Below are positions 46,536 to 54,565 of a stretch of 54,565 nt of DNA, in pieces. The notes beneath the pieces were generated by a model. It did not search any database and was not told the origin of the DNA. It was given only the letters and a program-made list of their open reading frames with translations. Made by a program: the position numbers and the translations under genes. The DNA is taken from NCBI GenBank assembly GCA_043801965.1, contig JAZDLN010000017.1, positions 1 through 54,565 on the forward strand. Direction: 5' to 3'. Each line of letters opens with the position of its first letter. Position 1 is the stretch's first letter. The stretch is from Candidatus Falkowbacteria bacterium (GTDB lineage: Bacteria; Patescibacteriota; Patescibacteriia; Patescibacteriales; UBA12075).

Positions 46536-47722
46536 GATTGTAACCTCTTAATCAGGTTTGTTATGCTTCTATGCTTTACGGGCAAACCGCGGGAATAAGC
46601 TTTGATTATTTCTTCGGTATAGGGAATTTCAGCTAAAATTTCCAGCTTGTGCTTCTTCGCTAATTTTTTTGTCGCTTCTTTATTCCCGGCATCGGCTTTA
46701 TTAAGCACGATCCCGGCAGACAGTTCCATCTTGTCAAAGAGCTTTAGCATAAGCTTAAGATCGTGCTCCCCTAACGGGGTCGGCTCGGCGACTGCCAGGA
46801 CGAAGCGGCATTCCTTCAGGGCGGCGATAACGTCGCAATGCAGGCCGGCGGCCGTATCTATGATAATATAATCATAAAGGCCGCTTTTTTCTTTTACTAT
46901 CCGTTTAAGTTCGTTAACCACTATTTCAGCAATCGGCTCTCCGCTTACAAGTTCGCCCGACAACATGTCAATATTATGCTTACGGCCAACATAGATCTGA
47001 CCGATCTCCTTCTTGCTCCAACTAATCGCCTTTTCCGGGCATTTTAGGGCGCAGGCTCCGCAGCCATTGCATTGCGAAGCGACAAACATCGGCTTTCTTT
47101 CTTTAACGGCCACAATCGCGTTTTCCCGGCATACTGACCCGCATAAACCGCATTGCCGGCATTTAGCGAAATCCCATTCCGGAATCCTCTGATCAACTTT
47201 CTCTAAAAATTTCCTCTCTACCCCCAAAAGCAGATGATCGTTCGGACAGCCGACATCGGCGTCTACCAACAGCACCCTGTTATCTTTGGCCAACCCATAA
47301 GCCAAAGCGGTGGCGACCGTTGATTTACCCGTGCCGCCCTTGCCTCCGGTCACGCCTATTATGGCGGAGTTTTTGCTTTTCATCGCCCTTCTTAATGCCT
47401 CCATGGGTAAGTTGGCGCAATGCCAGTGATCGATCGGTATCCCGTTTAAAGCCTCTGATATATCGTCTTTAGTGACCGCCAGCGCCTCTTTAATGCCTCT
47501 GCCTTTTATCAGGTCTATGAATACGTCGGTGGTTGATATTACTCCCGGACAACCGTAAGCCATAAACTTCGCCTCCACTATCCTCTGTTCTTCGATTATT
47601 ATTTTCAACTCAATGTAATCATTGCAGTCGGAATCGCGGGCGCAAGCGGCCGCGTTGGCGCCGATCAAATCCCCGACATTCTTAGGGCTTCGAAAACGAT
47701 TTAACATCTCGGCCGTAAACAT
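46532..47722 (-). CDS. IscU/NifU-N scaffold fused to a MinD-ferredoxin ATPase
   Basis: FRSPKNVG...CND...YGC...HCANL, then GGKGGTGKS, CRQCGLCGSVC, CNGCGACALKC. Confidence 0.88.
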   Translation of the reverse strand: MFTAEMLNRFRSPKNVGDLIGANAAACARDSDCNDYIELKIIIEEQRIVEAKFMAYGCPGVISTTDVFIDLIKGRGIKEALAVTKDDISEALNGIPIDHWHCANLPMEALRRAMKSKNSAIIGVTGGKGGTGKSTVATALAYGLAKDNRVLLVDADVGCPNDHLLLGVERKFLEKVDQRIPEWDFAKCRQCGLCGSVCRENAIVAVKERKPMFVASQCNGCGACALKCPEKAISWSKKEIGQIYVGRKHNIDMLSGELVSGEPIAEIVVNELKRIVKEKSGLYDYIIIDTAAGLHCDVIAALKECRFVLAVAEPTPLGEHDLKLMLKLFDKMELSAGIVLNKADAGNKEATKKLAKKHKLEILAEIPYTEEIIKAYSRGLPVKHRSITNLIKRLQS

Positions 47723-47734
47723 ACTGATCTGAAA

Positions 47735-48082
47735 TTAATGCTGGCAAGCGTTCGCCGCGTCGCTTAATTTATCTAAATTGGCAACTACGTCTTTGACGGT
47801 CAGATAAACGCCGGTTTTAACAGCCACCCCCTTTTCGCGGAACAAGCCGATGGCGCGGCCGCCGATTCCTTGCGTATAAACCATGGTCGGGGACGCCGTC
47901 TCCATTATCTGGTCTACCGGAGAGCGTTGCTCATCGTGATGCTCTAAATTATTATTCGTGATTTTCAGGTTCCGGGAACCGGTATCGTACAAACCGAAAT
48001 AAGGAGCGTGGCCGAAGTGGGGCGATATTTCCGAATTCTCCCCTTTATTATCAAGCAGGGGAAAATATATTTTCTCGTTCAT
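47735..48082 (-). CDS. NifB/NifX family protein
   Basis: ISPHFGHAPYF, GIGGRA. Confidence 0.85.
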   Translation of the reverse strand: MNEKIYFPLLDNKGENSEISPHFGHAPYFGLYDTGSRNLKITNNNLEHHDEQRSPVDQIMETASPTMVYTQGIGGRAIGLFREKGVAVKTGVYLTVKDVVANLDKLSDAANACQH

Positions 48083-48114
48083 AATTTTTCAAAAATTACT
48101 AAATATAAATATTA

Positions 48115-48414
48115 TTAGCGGATAATGCTGATCGCTTTGCCGTTGACGATAGCGTCGCTGATTTTCTTATAAGCGGAAGAAAGAATGCGCTGAAAGGTAG
48201 TTTGGGATGTTTTCATTTTTTTGGCGCACTCGTTCTGGTCTAAATTTTTAATATTTTTAAGACGCAGCGCCTCGCCCTCCTCAACCGTCAATTCAATTAA
48301 TTCCAAATCAGCCATCGGTATTCCCCTGGGTTTAAAATAGTCTGCTTTCGGATTAAAATTTACATTGCGATGCAAGCATGGCCTGCCCGGACCGCGCCCG
48401 AATTTATTTACCAT
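48115..48414 (-). CDS. DUF134 (UPF0251) HTH regulator
   Basis: YFKPRGIP...L..EE.EALRL......Q.ECAKKM.TSQTTFQRIL; start at ATG 48414. Confidence 0.88.
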   Translation of the reverse strand: MVNKFGRGPGRPCLHRNVNFNPKADYFKPRGIPMADLELIELTVEEGEALRLKNIKNLDQNECAKKMKTSQTTFQRILSSAYKKISDAIVNGKAISIIR

Positions 48415-48466
48415 ATTTTTTAACGTTTTAATAATAACTGATAACGGATAGCCCCGCCCCAAGCGG

Positions 48467-48487
48467 GGTCATCGGTCATCGGTCATC
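48467..48487. repeat. Heptamer tandem repeat (GGTCATC)x3
   Basis: Directly visible in the intergenic gap. Confidence 0.8.
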
Positions 48488-48516
48488 TCCGGCCGTTCTT
48501 TTCACGCCGGCTCCTA

Positions 48517-48705
48517 CTATTTATCGGCTGGAGCGGATCTTCCGGCCTGCTTGGCCCGAAAACCTAATCCGCGCGCCTGTCCTCCCCGAATGCGCCTCCC
48601 CTGTCCGACGCCCCCGGCAACACCCCGGGCAGCGCCGCAGGGACCCATGCCCCGGCCCGTGGCCGGACCAGTGCCCTGAGGACCGGTTCCATCTTTAAGT
48701 GGCAT
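48517..48705 (-). CDS. DUF5320 family Gly-rich protein
   Basis: MPLKDGTGPQGTGPATGRGMGPC; AGGAGGTG RBS. Confidence 0.85.
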   Translation of the reverse strand: MPLKDGTGPQGTGPATGRGMGPCGAARGVAGGVGQGRRIRGGQARGLGFRAKQAGRSAPADK

Positions 48706-48760
48706 ATTTATCACCTCCTTTCCATGAACAATTATATGGAATAATCGTTATAATCGCGTT

Positions 48761-48819
48761 AAATATGAATATATAATCATATTTATTTTAAATATATACC
48801 CATATTTATCCACTGTCAA
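48761..48819 (-). promoter_or_regulatory. Fe-S operon promoter with palindromic operator
   Basis: TTGACA-17bp-TATATT; AAATATGA-N8-TCATATTT at 48761-48784. Confidence 0.65.
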
Positions 48820-48906
48820 GAGGAGTATATTTACTCCCTGATAAGCAAAAATCGCGGCTGGAAAGCCGCGATGATGTAAAAAATTAAAATTATCGCGTCG
48901 GCTCTT

Positions 48907-50673
48907 TTATAATTTCTGTTTTTCCCATAACTCGTAAAATCTTCCTCTCCGATCGCATAACTCCAAAAAACTGCCAGACTCGATCAATTCGCCCTTTTCT
49001 ATTACTAATATCCGGTCCATTTCCTGGATGGTGGTCAGACGATGGGCGATAACAATAGCGGTAACTTTTTTAAAAAACGAATGCAGGGAGTCTTTTATTT
49101 TTTCTTCCGACTCCAGGTCAAGGTGTGAGGTGGCCTCGTCTAAAAAAAGGAGATCAGGCTGCTTATAGATACATCTGGCTATGCCCAGCCTTTGCTTTTC
49201 TCCGCCGGATAGCTTTACGCCCTTTTCGCCGATGAACGTATTTATGCCGAGCGGCAATTTTGAGACAAAATCAGACACGTGGGCGATATCAAGCGTCCGG
49301 CTCAATTCATTTTCGTCCAGATCCCGGTTGCAGGCGATAGTGATGTTCTCACGCAACGTAAAATTAAAAACTTCCGTTTCCTGCAAAACCACCCCGACCC
49401 TGTCCAGATAAGAATCTTTCTTGATTTTCTTCAGAGATAATCCGTCCACCGTGATATCGCCGGCAAAGCTTTCGTTTTCTTTCAGCAATAGCTTAAACAG
49501 TGTTGACTTGCCGGCCCCGGAAAGGCCGACTATGCCTATGCGTTCACCTCTTTTTATTTCCAGCGAAATATTTTTTAAAACCGGATTTTTGCCATAAGCG
49601 AAGGAAAGGTTTTTAATACTGATCTTTTTCCAGTTTTGCGGAAAATCCGCCTTGCCCTCTTCATTTTCGATCCGTACCGGCTCATTGATTATGCTTTGTA
49701 GTCTGGCGATGCTATGCTTATTTACGATTAGATCCTGCGTAACATCAGATAATTCGCCGACTGACTCCAGAATTCTTTGAAAATAGGAGTTAAAAAGTAT
49801 AAAAAAACCGAGTTCGCTCCGCCCCTGATAAATGCCATAAGCGATAAAAGCGAGCGTGCCAAGCCTGAAAGTCGCCGCCCAGACATTCAAGGCCGTGCCT
49901 CTTACCTGAAAATTTAAAATACGTTTTTTTGTCCACGCGAATACTTCCTCCGCCTGTCCGGCGATCATTTCATATAATTTACCGCCGATTCCCGCCACCT
50001 TGACGCTACGGACATTATTGATCGCCTGAAAAACCAAACCGCTCATTTCTTCTTCCCGGGCGTTAACCTCTTGCACGATAGCGGAAACCTTCCTGAGGGA
50101 AAAAAACGAGATCGTAAAATAGGAAACCAAAAAAAACAAAATCGCCGAACTTACAAATTTGTCATTTCTGCTCAAGATAACGATTATACCGATGAAATTT
50201 ACCGCGATTTCAATGCAATTATTGATCCACATCCGCAAAATATGATCTATGCCCATCCCGCCCCTTTGGATTTTCTTCAGCTTATTGCCGGCATTTTCTT
50301 TTTCGTGCCAAGCCATATCCAGGGAAAACAAGCGCTTAATGGCTCTAAGTTGGGCATTCAGGGATGATTTCTCCGACACCTGAAACGCCAAATACTTTGC
50401 CCCGTGGACGGCGATATTCCGCCAGAATGATGCCAATGCCCAAAGCGCGAAAAAAAACCAAAAATCCCGCAAAGAACTACCCGCTGAATATTCACTAAAA
50501 AAAGTGACAATTGACGCTAAGGCTATGGCTGGATATAAATTAACGATATCGCCGGTCAATCTTAATAACGAAGCCAGAATAAATCGCCCCCGTTGCGGCT
50601 TTACGTAAAAGTAAAGATCTTTAATAAGGGACCAGTTTGAATATTTTATTATTTCGCTGTCAGCCGATTTCAT
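48907..50673 (-). CDS. ABC exporter, fused permease/ATPase (MsbA-like)
   Basis: 6-TM domain; GLSGAGKS, LSGGEKQR, FLDEATSHLD, IAHRL. Confidence 0.92.
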   Translation of the reverse strand: MKSADSEIIKYSNWSLIKDLYFYVKPQRGRFILASLLRLTGDIVNLYPAIALASIVTFFSEYSAGSSLRDFWFFFALWALASFWRNIAVHGAKYLAFQVSEKSSLNAQLRAIKRLFSLDMAWHEKENAGNKLKKIQRGGMGIDHILRMWINNCIEIAVNFIGIIVILSRNDKFVSSAILFFLVSYFTISFFSLRKVSAIVQEVNAREEEMSGLVFQAINNVRSVKVAGIGGKLYEMIAGQAEEVFAWTKKRILNFQVRGTALNVWAATFRLGTLAFIAYGIYQGRSELGFFILFNSYFQRILESVGELSDVTQDLIVNKHSIARLQSIINEPVRIENEEGKADFPQNWKKISIKNLSFAYGKNPVLKNISLEIKRGERIGIVGLSGAGKSTLFKLLLKENESFAGDITVDGLSLKKIKKDSYLDRVGVVLQETEVFNFTLRENITIACNRDLDENELSRTLDIAHVSDFVSKLPLGINTFIGEKGVKLSGGEKQRLGIARCIYKQPDLLFLDEATSHLDLESEEKIKDSLHSFFKKVTAIVIAHRLTTIQEMDRILVIEKGELIESGSFLELCDRRGRFYELWEKQKL

Positions 50674-50690
50674 AGGATTTTATAAATAAA

Positions 50691-51947
50691 TTAAAGCCCG
50701 ATGGCTTCTGGGGGCGGCACGCTGTCCCCGGCCGTAAAGCCGGTGCTCCAGCAGATCTGCAGGTTATAGCCGCCGGAAGGGCCGTCCAGGTCCAGGGCCT
50801 CGCCGGCGAAAAATAAATTCGGATAAAGCCGGGAGCGCATGGTTTTCGGGTCCACCTCGCAAGTCGCGACGCCGCCGGCGGTGATCATCGCCCGATCAAA
50901 ACCCTTTAAGCCCTTTACTTCAAGAGTAAATCTTTTTAAGTATCCGGCCAGCCGGACGCGCTCTTCTTTTCTGATTTCGCTTATTGCCCGGGTGCCGTTT
51001 AAGCCGCTTAATTCCAGGAGTACCGGCGCGAGCCTGGGCGACGTTAAGCGGACAAGGTAATTTTTAAGCTGCTTGTTGTGGCTCTCGTGAAAATCCTGCC
51101 GCAGCTTTTTATCTAAATCATCCCCTTTGATGTCTGGAAAAAAATCAATTTCAAGTTTTATCGCCCCAGCGGACAGGAGCGATCCGATCCGGCCGCTTAA
51201 GTCGATCACGGCCGGTCCGCTCAGGCCGTCAGACGTAAAAACCATGTCGCCGCGGCAACGCGCTACTGTTTTTTTACCCGCCAAAACTTTCAAGCCGGCG
51301 TCTTTCAAACTCAGACCCTCAAGCTTTTTAACGATTTTCTCCCTAACGACAACGGGCGTCAGGGCCGGCCGGGGCGGAATAACGGTATGGCCCAAAGAAG
51401 CGAGCCAGCCGTAAGCGTCGCCTTCTGAACCCGTAGTCGGATAGGAACGGCCGCCGGTGGCGATTAAGAAATTTTTACTTAAAATCTCTCCGCCGCCCCT
51501 AAGCCTTACCGCCCGCATCGCGTTATCGCGGGCAACAAGTCCGCTCGCAACTGCCCCGTACCTGATCTCGACTTTATTTTTCTCAAGATATCTTAAAAGC
51601 GCCCGCCGGATATCTTCCGCGCGGCCGCTCTTCGGAAAAACCCGGCCCTTTTCCTCGGCCTCAGCGCTTACGCCCAGATCCGAGAAAAAACTCAAAACGC
51701 TTTTCACTCCGAATCCGTGAAAAGCGGAAAATAAAAATTTATGGTTTGCCCCGTAAACCGCCATCGCCGCCTTATCGTCGGCTCCGAGGTTGGTAAAATT
51801 GCACCGGCCGCCGCCGCTTAATAGCAATTTTATTCCCAAAGAATCGTTTTTTTCCAGGAGAATAACGCGCGCGCCCCGTTCGCCCGCCCGACCGGCCGCG
51901 ATCATCCCCGCCGGCCCGCCGCCCACTACCGCTAGATCGTAGATCAT
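50691..51947 (-). CDS. HI0933/BaiN-family flavoprotein
   Basis: GGGPAGMIAA, KLLLSGGGRCN, GRVFP, ATGGRSYP, GGYNLQ. Confidence 0.92.
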   Translation of the reverse strand: MIYDLAVVGGGPAGMIAAGRAGERGARVILLEKNDSLGIKLLLSGGGRCNFTNLGADDKAAMAVYGANHKFLFSAFHGFGVKSVLSFFSDLGVSAEAEEKGRVFPKSGRAEDIRRALLRYLEKNKVEIRYGAVASGLVARDNAMRAVRLRGGGEILSKNFLIATGGRSYPTTGSEGDAYGWLASLGHTVIPPRPALTPVVVREKIVKKLEGLSLKDAGLKVLAGKKTVARCRGDMVFTSDGLSGPAVIDLSGRIGSLLSAGAIKLEIDFFPDIKGDDLDKKLRQDFHESHNKQLKNYLVRLTSPRLAPVLLELSGLNGTRAISEIRKEERVRLAGYLKRFTLEVKGLKGFDRAMITAGGVATCEVDPKTMRSRLYPNLFFAGEALDLDGPSGGYNLQICWSTGFTAGDSVPPPEAIGL

Positions 51948-51979
51948 AAAATTCACGATTAAATCCTGAGGTTATTACT

Positions 51980-52470
51980 TTATCGTTTGGCTCCGCTGTA
52001 AGCGATGGCCCTGACCATGTCCCAGTCAAGGGCCGAAACGGGATTATATTTGAAGATGCCCCTAAAAATATTTATGGCCGCTTTTTCGCTGTTCGTGTTC
52101 CTGTCGGCTGGCCTTAAGCCGTACGCGATGACCGTTACCGCCGCGTTATCGCTCGGATTATCCATGTCCGGCGCCCTTAAATAGATCTTCCTGAATTTTA
52201 AAGCGGCTCCGTCTTCGGCGGCCTGGCTTTTTTGCCCCGGCCAGCGTCCGGTAGCGATCTTTATGACATCCCGCCAGTCTTCAAGGGTTGAGGGCAGATG
52301 CCCGAAAGCGCCGCGAAAGGAAAGGATGGATCCGGTTCTCTCCCCCGATCCCAGCCGTAGCGTCCTAGGCGTGCCGTAATGCATGAAATAGGCCAAAGAA
52401 TACTTCGCCTTCGTTTCCGTCGAAGGAGGTATGGATAATTTTCCGTAAAGCCGCTTTTTGGCTTCGTAAT
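51980..52470 (-). pseudogene. Orphan C-terminal domain of a large CPR surface protein
   Basis: YGTPRTLRLGSGERTG...DW.DVIKIATGRWP...AYGLRP.DRN..SEKAAI.IF...DWDMVRAIAYSGAKR; frame open upstream of the TTG with no proper start; overlapped by the MTase ORF. Confidence 0.65.
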
Positions 52471-53133
52471 TTTAGCGTCACAATATTCAATGCCGGCTCC
52501 CTCATACTCTCTTAAAAGATCTACCTGAAAATTTTTACCCACAACCTCCAAATCGGCTTTTTTTAAACTCGTAATATAAGCCGAACCCCCTGGCTTTAAT
52601 AAATCACAAATTGATATTAAATTATCCTTTCTGTCTTTTTCATTGTTTAAATATCGCATTGAAGCAACGCAGTCGATAATCACGTCAAAAGATTCGGATT
52701 TAAAAGGTAATTGGGGAGCTAAAGCAACTACGCAGCCTGAACTCTCTTGGCTGATTTTTTTTAACCTCTCTCTTTGAAATTCTTCAGGACCGCTAACGGT
52801 CATATCCTTGCCCCAACGCAATTTGGGCCTATCTTTAAGCTTATACTGAGCGATAGAATTACCAAGTTTTTCAATATACCAATCTCCTTTGGCGAAATCT
52901 TCAGGATCAATTCCCAGGGTTGGGTCTAACGACACGATTTTTAAATCACTCCTTTTATTTCTCAATTCTTCTTCAAATTTCTGATAAAGTCCGCTGCCGA
53001 TATTCAAAACAGTTCCCTCTTTGGGGAAATTATCAATTTCGCTTTCTTTAATACCCATATCCTCAAGCACTTGTTCTAAACCCCTGTCTGTCACAGAAAA
53101 TTCCCCGATTTTTTCTAAACTAAATTTTTCCAT
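52261..53133 (-). CDS. Class I SAM-dependent methyltransferase-like protein, C-terminus probably read-through
   Basis: VLNIGSG, LPFKSESFDVI, LLKPGG; the last ~65 aa are out-of-frame reading of the neighbouring gene. Confidence 0.75.
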   Translation of the reverse strand: MEKFSLEKIGEFSVTDRGLEQVLEDMGIKESEIDNFPKEGTVLNIGSGLYQKFEEELRNKRSDLKIVSLDPTLGIDPEDFAKGDWYIEKLGNSIAQYKLKDRPKLRWGKDMTVSGPEEFQRERLKKISQESSGCVVALAPQLPFKSESFDVIIDCVASMRYLNNEKDRKDNLISICDLLKPGGSAYITSLKKADLEVVGKNFQVDLLREYEGAGIEYCDAKITKPKSGFTENYPYLLRRKRRRSILWPISCITARLGRYGWDRGREPDPSFPFAALSGICPQPLKTGGMS

Positions 53134-53170
53134 ATGCGTTGGTCAAATATTTATTATATAAATATCAAAT

Positions 53171-54046
53171 TTAATCCAGGGCGATTTTCCAGACCCCTTT
53201 CTCTAAAAAAGCTTCTATGCTCTGCCGATTGGCTTTATTTAATAAATTAGTGTGCGATGTTTTTGTTATTTTCGCGTACTCAGACAATGAAACAATTTTT
53301 TTACCCTCCAAATAAGCCAGGCGCTTATGATAACTGCAGGTTAAGGCCTTGCCGACAATTTCTTCCATAACAGAGACTTCACCTTTGGCATCAAATTCTT
53401 TGAACGCTTCATAATACTTGGCTCTATCTATAAATTTAATATTTATCGGAACAAAGCCTTCGCGTATTAATAAATAATTATTTATGACCCGGCCGATCCG
53501 GCCGTTGCCGTCCACGAAGGGGTGGATATTTTCAAATGCCAGATGAAGCCTGGCTATGCGCTTAATAATATTTTCATGGCTGGACGAATTATATTTAACC
53601 ATCGCTTCTTCAAGGAGTCCGATGACTTCTTTGGGGTGGGGAGCGATATGGTTTCCGACCCGAACGAACTCATTGTCTTGCCGGAATCTTCCGGCCACCT
53701 CGTCGCGGATATTCGACAAGAGCATTTTATGGAGAAACAAAATCGTTTCCAGGTTCAATTCCCGTTCTTTGGCCTTGCTATTAATATATTCAACCACGCG
53801 CGCCAGATTCTTCGCTTCAAATAACTCGCGCTCATTAATATAACGATCAAGATCAATCTTGAGTAAAATCTTTTCAGTTTCTTCGAGCGTAAGCGTGCTG
53901 TTTTCAATCGCATTGGAATTATATACCTGTTCTGCCACTTCGGTTTCAGAGAGCAACTTAATCAAAGCTTCCTTTTCTAGGGCAGCCTTATAATATCGCT
54001 CGCGCAACTGGCTTATTTTTTTGTAGATAATCAATGTCTTCGGCAT
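53171..54046 (-). CDS. Fic family protein (canonical motif) with C-terminal HTH-like domain
   Basis: HPFVDGNGRIGR; inhibitory SNAIEN. Confidence 0.93.
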   Translation of the reverse strand: MPKTLIIYKKISQLRERYYKAALEKEALIKLLSETEVAEQVYNSNAIENSTLTLEETEKILLKIDLDRYINERELFEAKNLARVVEYINSKAKERELNLETILFLHKMLLSNIRDEVAGRFRQDNEFVRVGNHIAPHPKEVIGLLEEAMVKYNSSSHENIIKRIARLHLAFENIHPFVDGNGRIGRVINNYLLIREGFVPINIKFIDRAKYYEAFKEFDAKGEVSVMEEIVGKALTCSYHKRLAYLEGKKIVSLSEYAKITKTSHTNLLNKANRQSIEAFLEKGVWKIALD

Positions 54047-54052
54047 GTTTTA

Positions 54053-54092
54053 ATTATAGCATACTTCACGATTTTGTCAATATAAACGTGAA
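54053..54092 (-). promoter_or_regulatory. Fic promoter with TTCACG...CGTGAA inverted repeat
   Basis: TTGACA-16bp-TATAAT (extended -10) 6 nt before the ATG; half-sites at 54065-54070 and 54087-54092. Confidence 0.7.
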
Positions 54093-54130
54093 TAATTGCT
54101 AAATTTTTAATATAATTCACTGTTATTAAA

Positions 54131-54160
54131 CAAAAAATAGCTATAATTAGCTATTTTTTG
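54131..54160. terminator. Terminator downstream of the tRNA fragment
   Basis: CAAAAAATAGCTA-TAAT-TAGCTATTTTTTG. Confidence 0.75.
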
Positions 54161-54165
54161 TATCA

Positions 54166-54186
54166 GCACGGGTGGTAGGAATCGAA
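54166..54186 (-). repeat. Duplicated tRNA 3' end (att-like site)
   Basis: TTCGATT-CCTAC-CACCCGT-GC = T-loop, 3' T-stem, 3' acceptor strand; no matching 5' T-stem; 17 bp identical to 54496-54512. Confidence 0.75.
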
Positions 54187-54495
54187 GGGGCGGAAGCCCC
54201 ACTCCATCACATTTCACGGACGGTGCGGCTGAAGTTTAAAATATTAGTTTAAATATTCTATTTTATAAAAACGTATTATCAGGGTGGATTCTCTGCACAC
54301 CGCCCACACAAATTTAAAAGCTCTCCGAAAGGAGAGCCTTTAAATTTGCACGGGATCATGGACAGTGTTAGAAAAAATTTACAATAAAAATATGGTATAC
54401 AAAAATGATAATATTAAAATAAATAAAATTACAAGATATTTTAGTCTAAAAAGTTTATAGTACCATTTTATTGGGGTAAAAAATTTCATAATTTT

Positions 54496-54565
54496 GCACG
54501 GGTGGTAGGAATTCCGCCTTGTCCTCGCTTCCGCTCGGACTTCGTTGTCCTGGGCAGCGCTGAAC
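54496..54565 (-). tRNA. 3' part of a probable tRNA-Trp with an apparent T-loop insertion (truncated by the window)
   Basis: GTTC-[48 nt]-AATT-CCTAC-CACCCGT-G; U72/G73 is Trp-like; anticodon not visible. Confidence 0.45.

Noticed and set aside
45115-48082. Nitrogen fixation from NifB/NifX/NifU domains
   Set aside because: No nifHDK; these domains are common in non-diazotroph anaerobe clusters
54166-54230. Complete tRNA gene at the first fragment
   Set aside because: Upstream sequence cannot form the T-stem, anticodon arm or acceptor 5' strand
1-54565. TGA recoding (genetic code 25)
   Set aside because: Conserved genes are full length in code 11 and several (dinB, tspO, maf) end at TGA at expected positions
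1-54565. Prophage, DGR or retron
   Set aside because: No structural phage genes, integrase or reverse transcriptase seen

Overview
AT-rich intergenic DNA, GC-richer genes and a strong minus-strand gene bias. The window reads as a Patescibacteria (CPR, Parcubacteria; probably Falkowbacteria-like) chromosome segment in genetic code 11, judged from CPR-typical domains recognised from memory: CxxC-x17-CxxC, GRILLQVE repeats, GSLIK/VYY repeats and an AYSGAKR C-terminal domain. It runs from the start of an IS481-like element (left edge) to several tRNA(Trp)-like 3' ends (right edge). Contents: envelope and lipoprotein genes, creD, a pilin, a DUF6504-dinB mutagenesis pair, a decayed RAYT with REP-like palindromes, two Fic genes, a low-GC defence island (DUF559, RelE-HTH-DUF6941, GIY-YIG, KAP NTPase, HphI-like fused m5C/m6A MTase plus HNH nuclease), radC, an SPFH pair, marR-maf, an Fe-S/NifX/MinD-ferredoxin operon, an ABC exporter and a BaiN-type flavoprotein. 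Best novelty candidates: (1) a putative BECR/RelE-like nuclease facing a promoter-driven ~66-nt three-way-junction RNA (possible RNA-antitoxin system); (2) a toxin-antitoxin-DUF6941 tripartite module; (3) a near-identical promoter/operator shared by dinB and the RM system; (4) a tRNA apparently carrying a 48-nt structured insertion in its T-loop; (5) a diverged two-copy structured intergenic element. All family calls come from motif recognition; no database searches were run.
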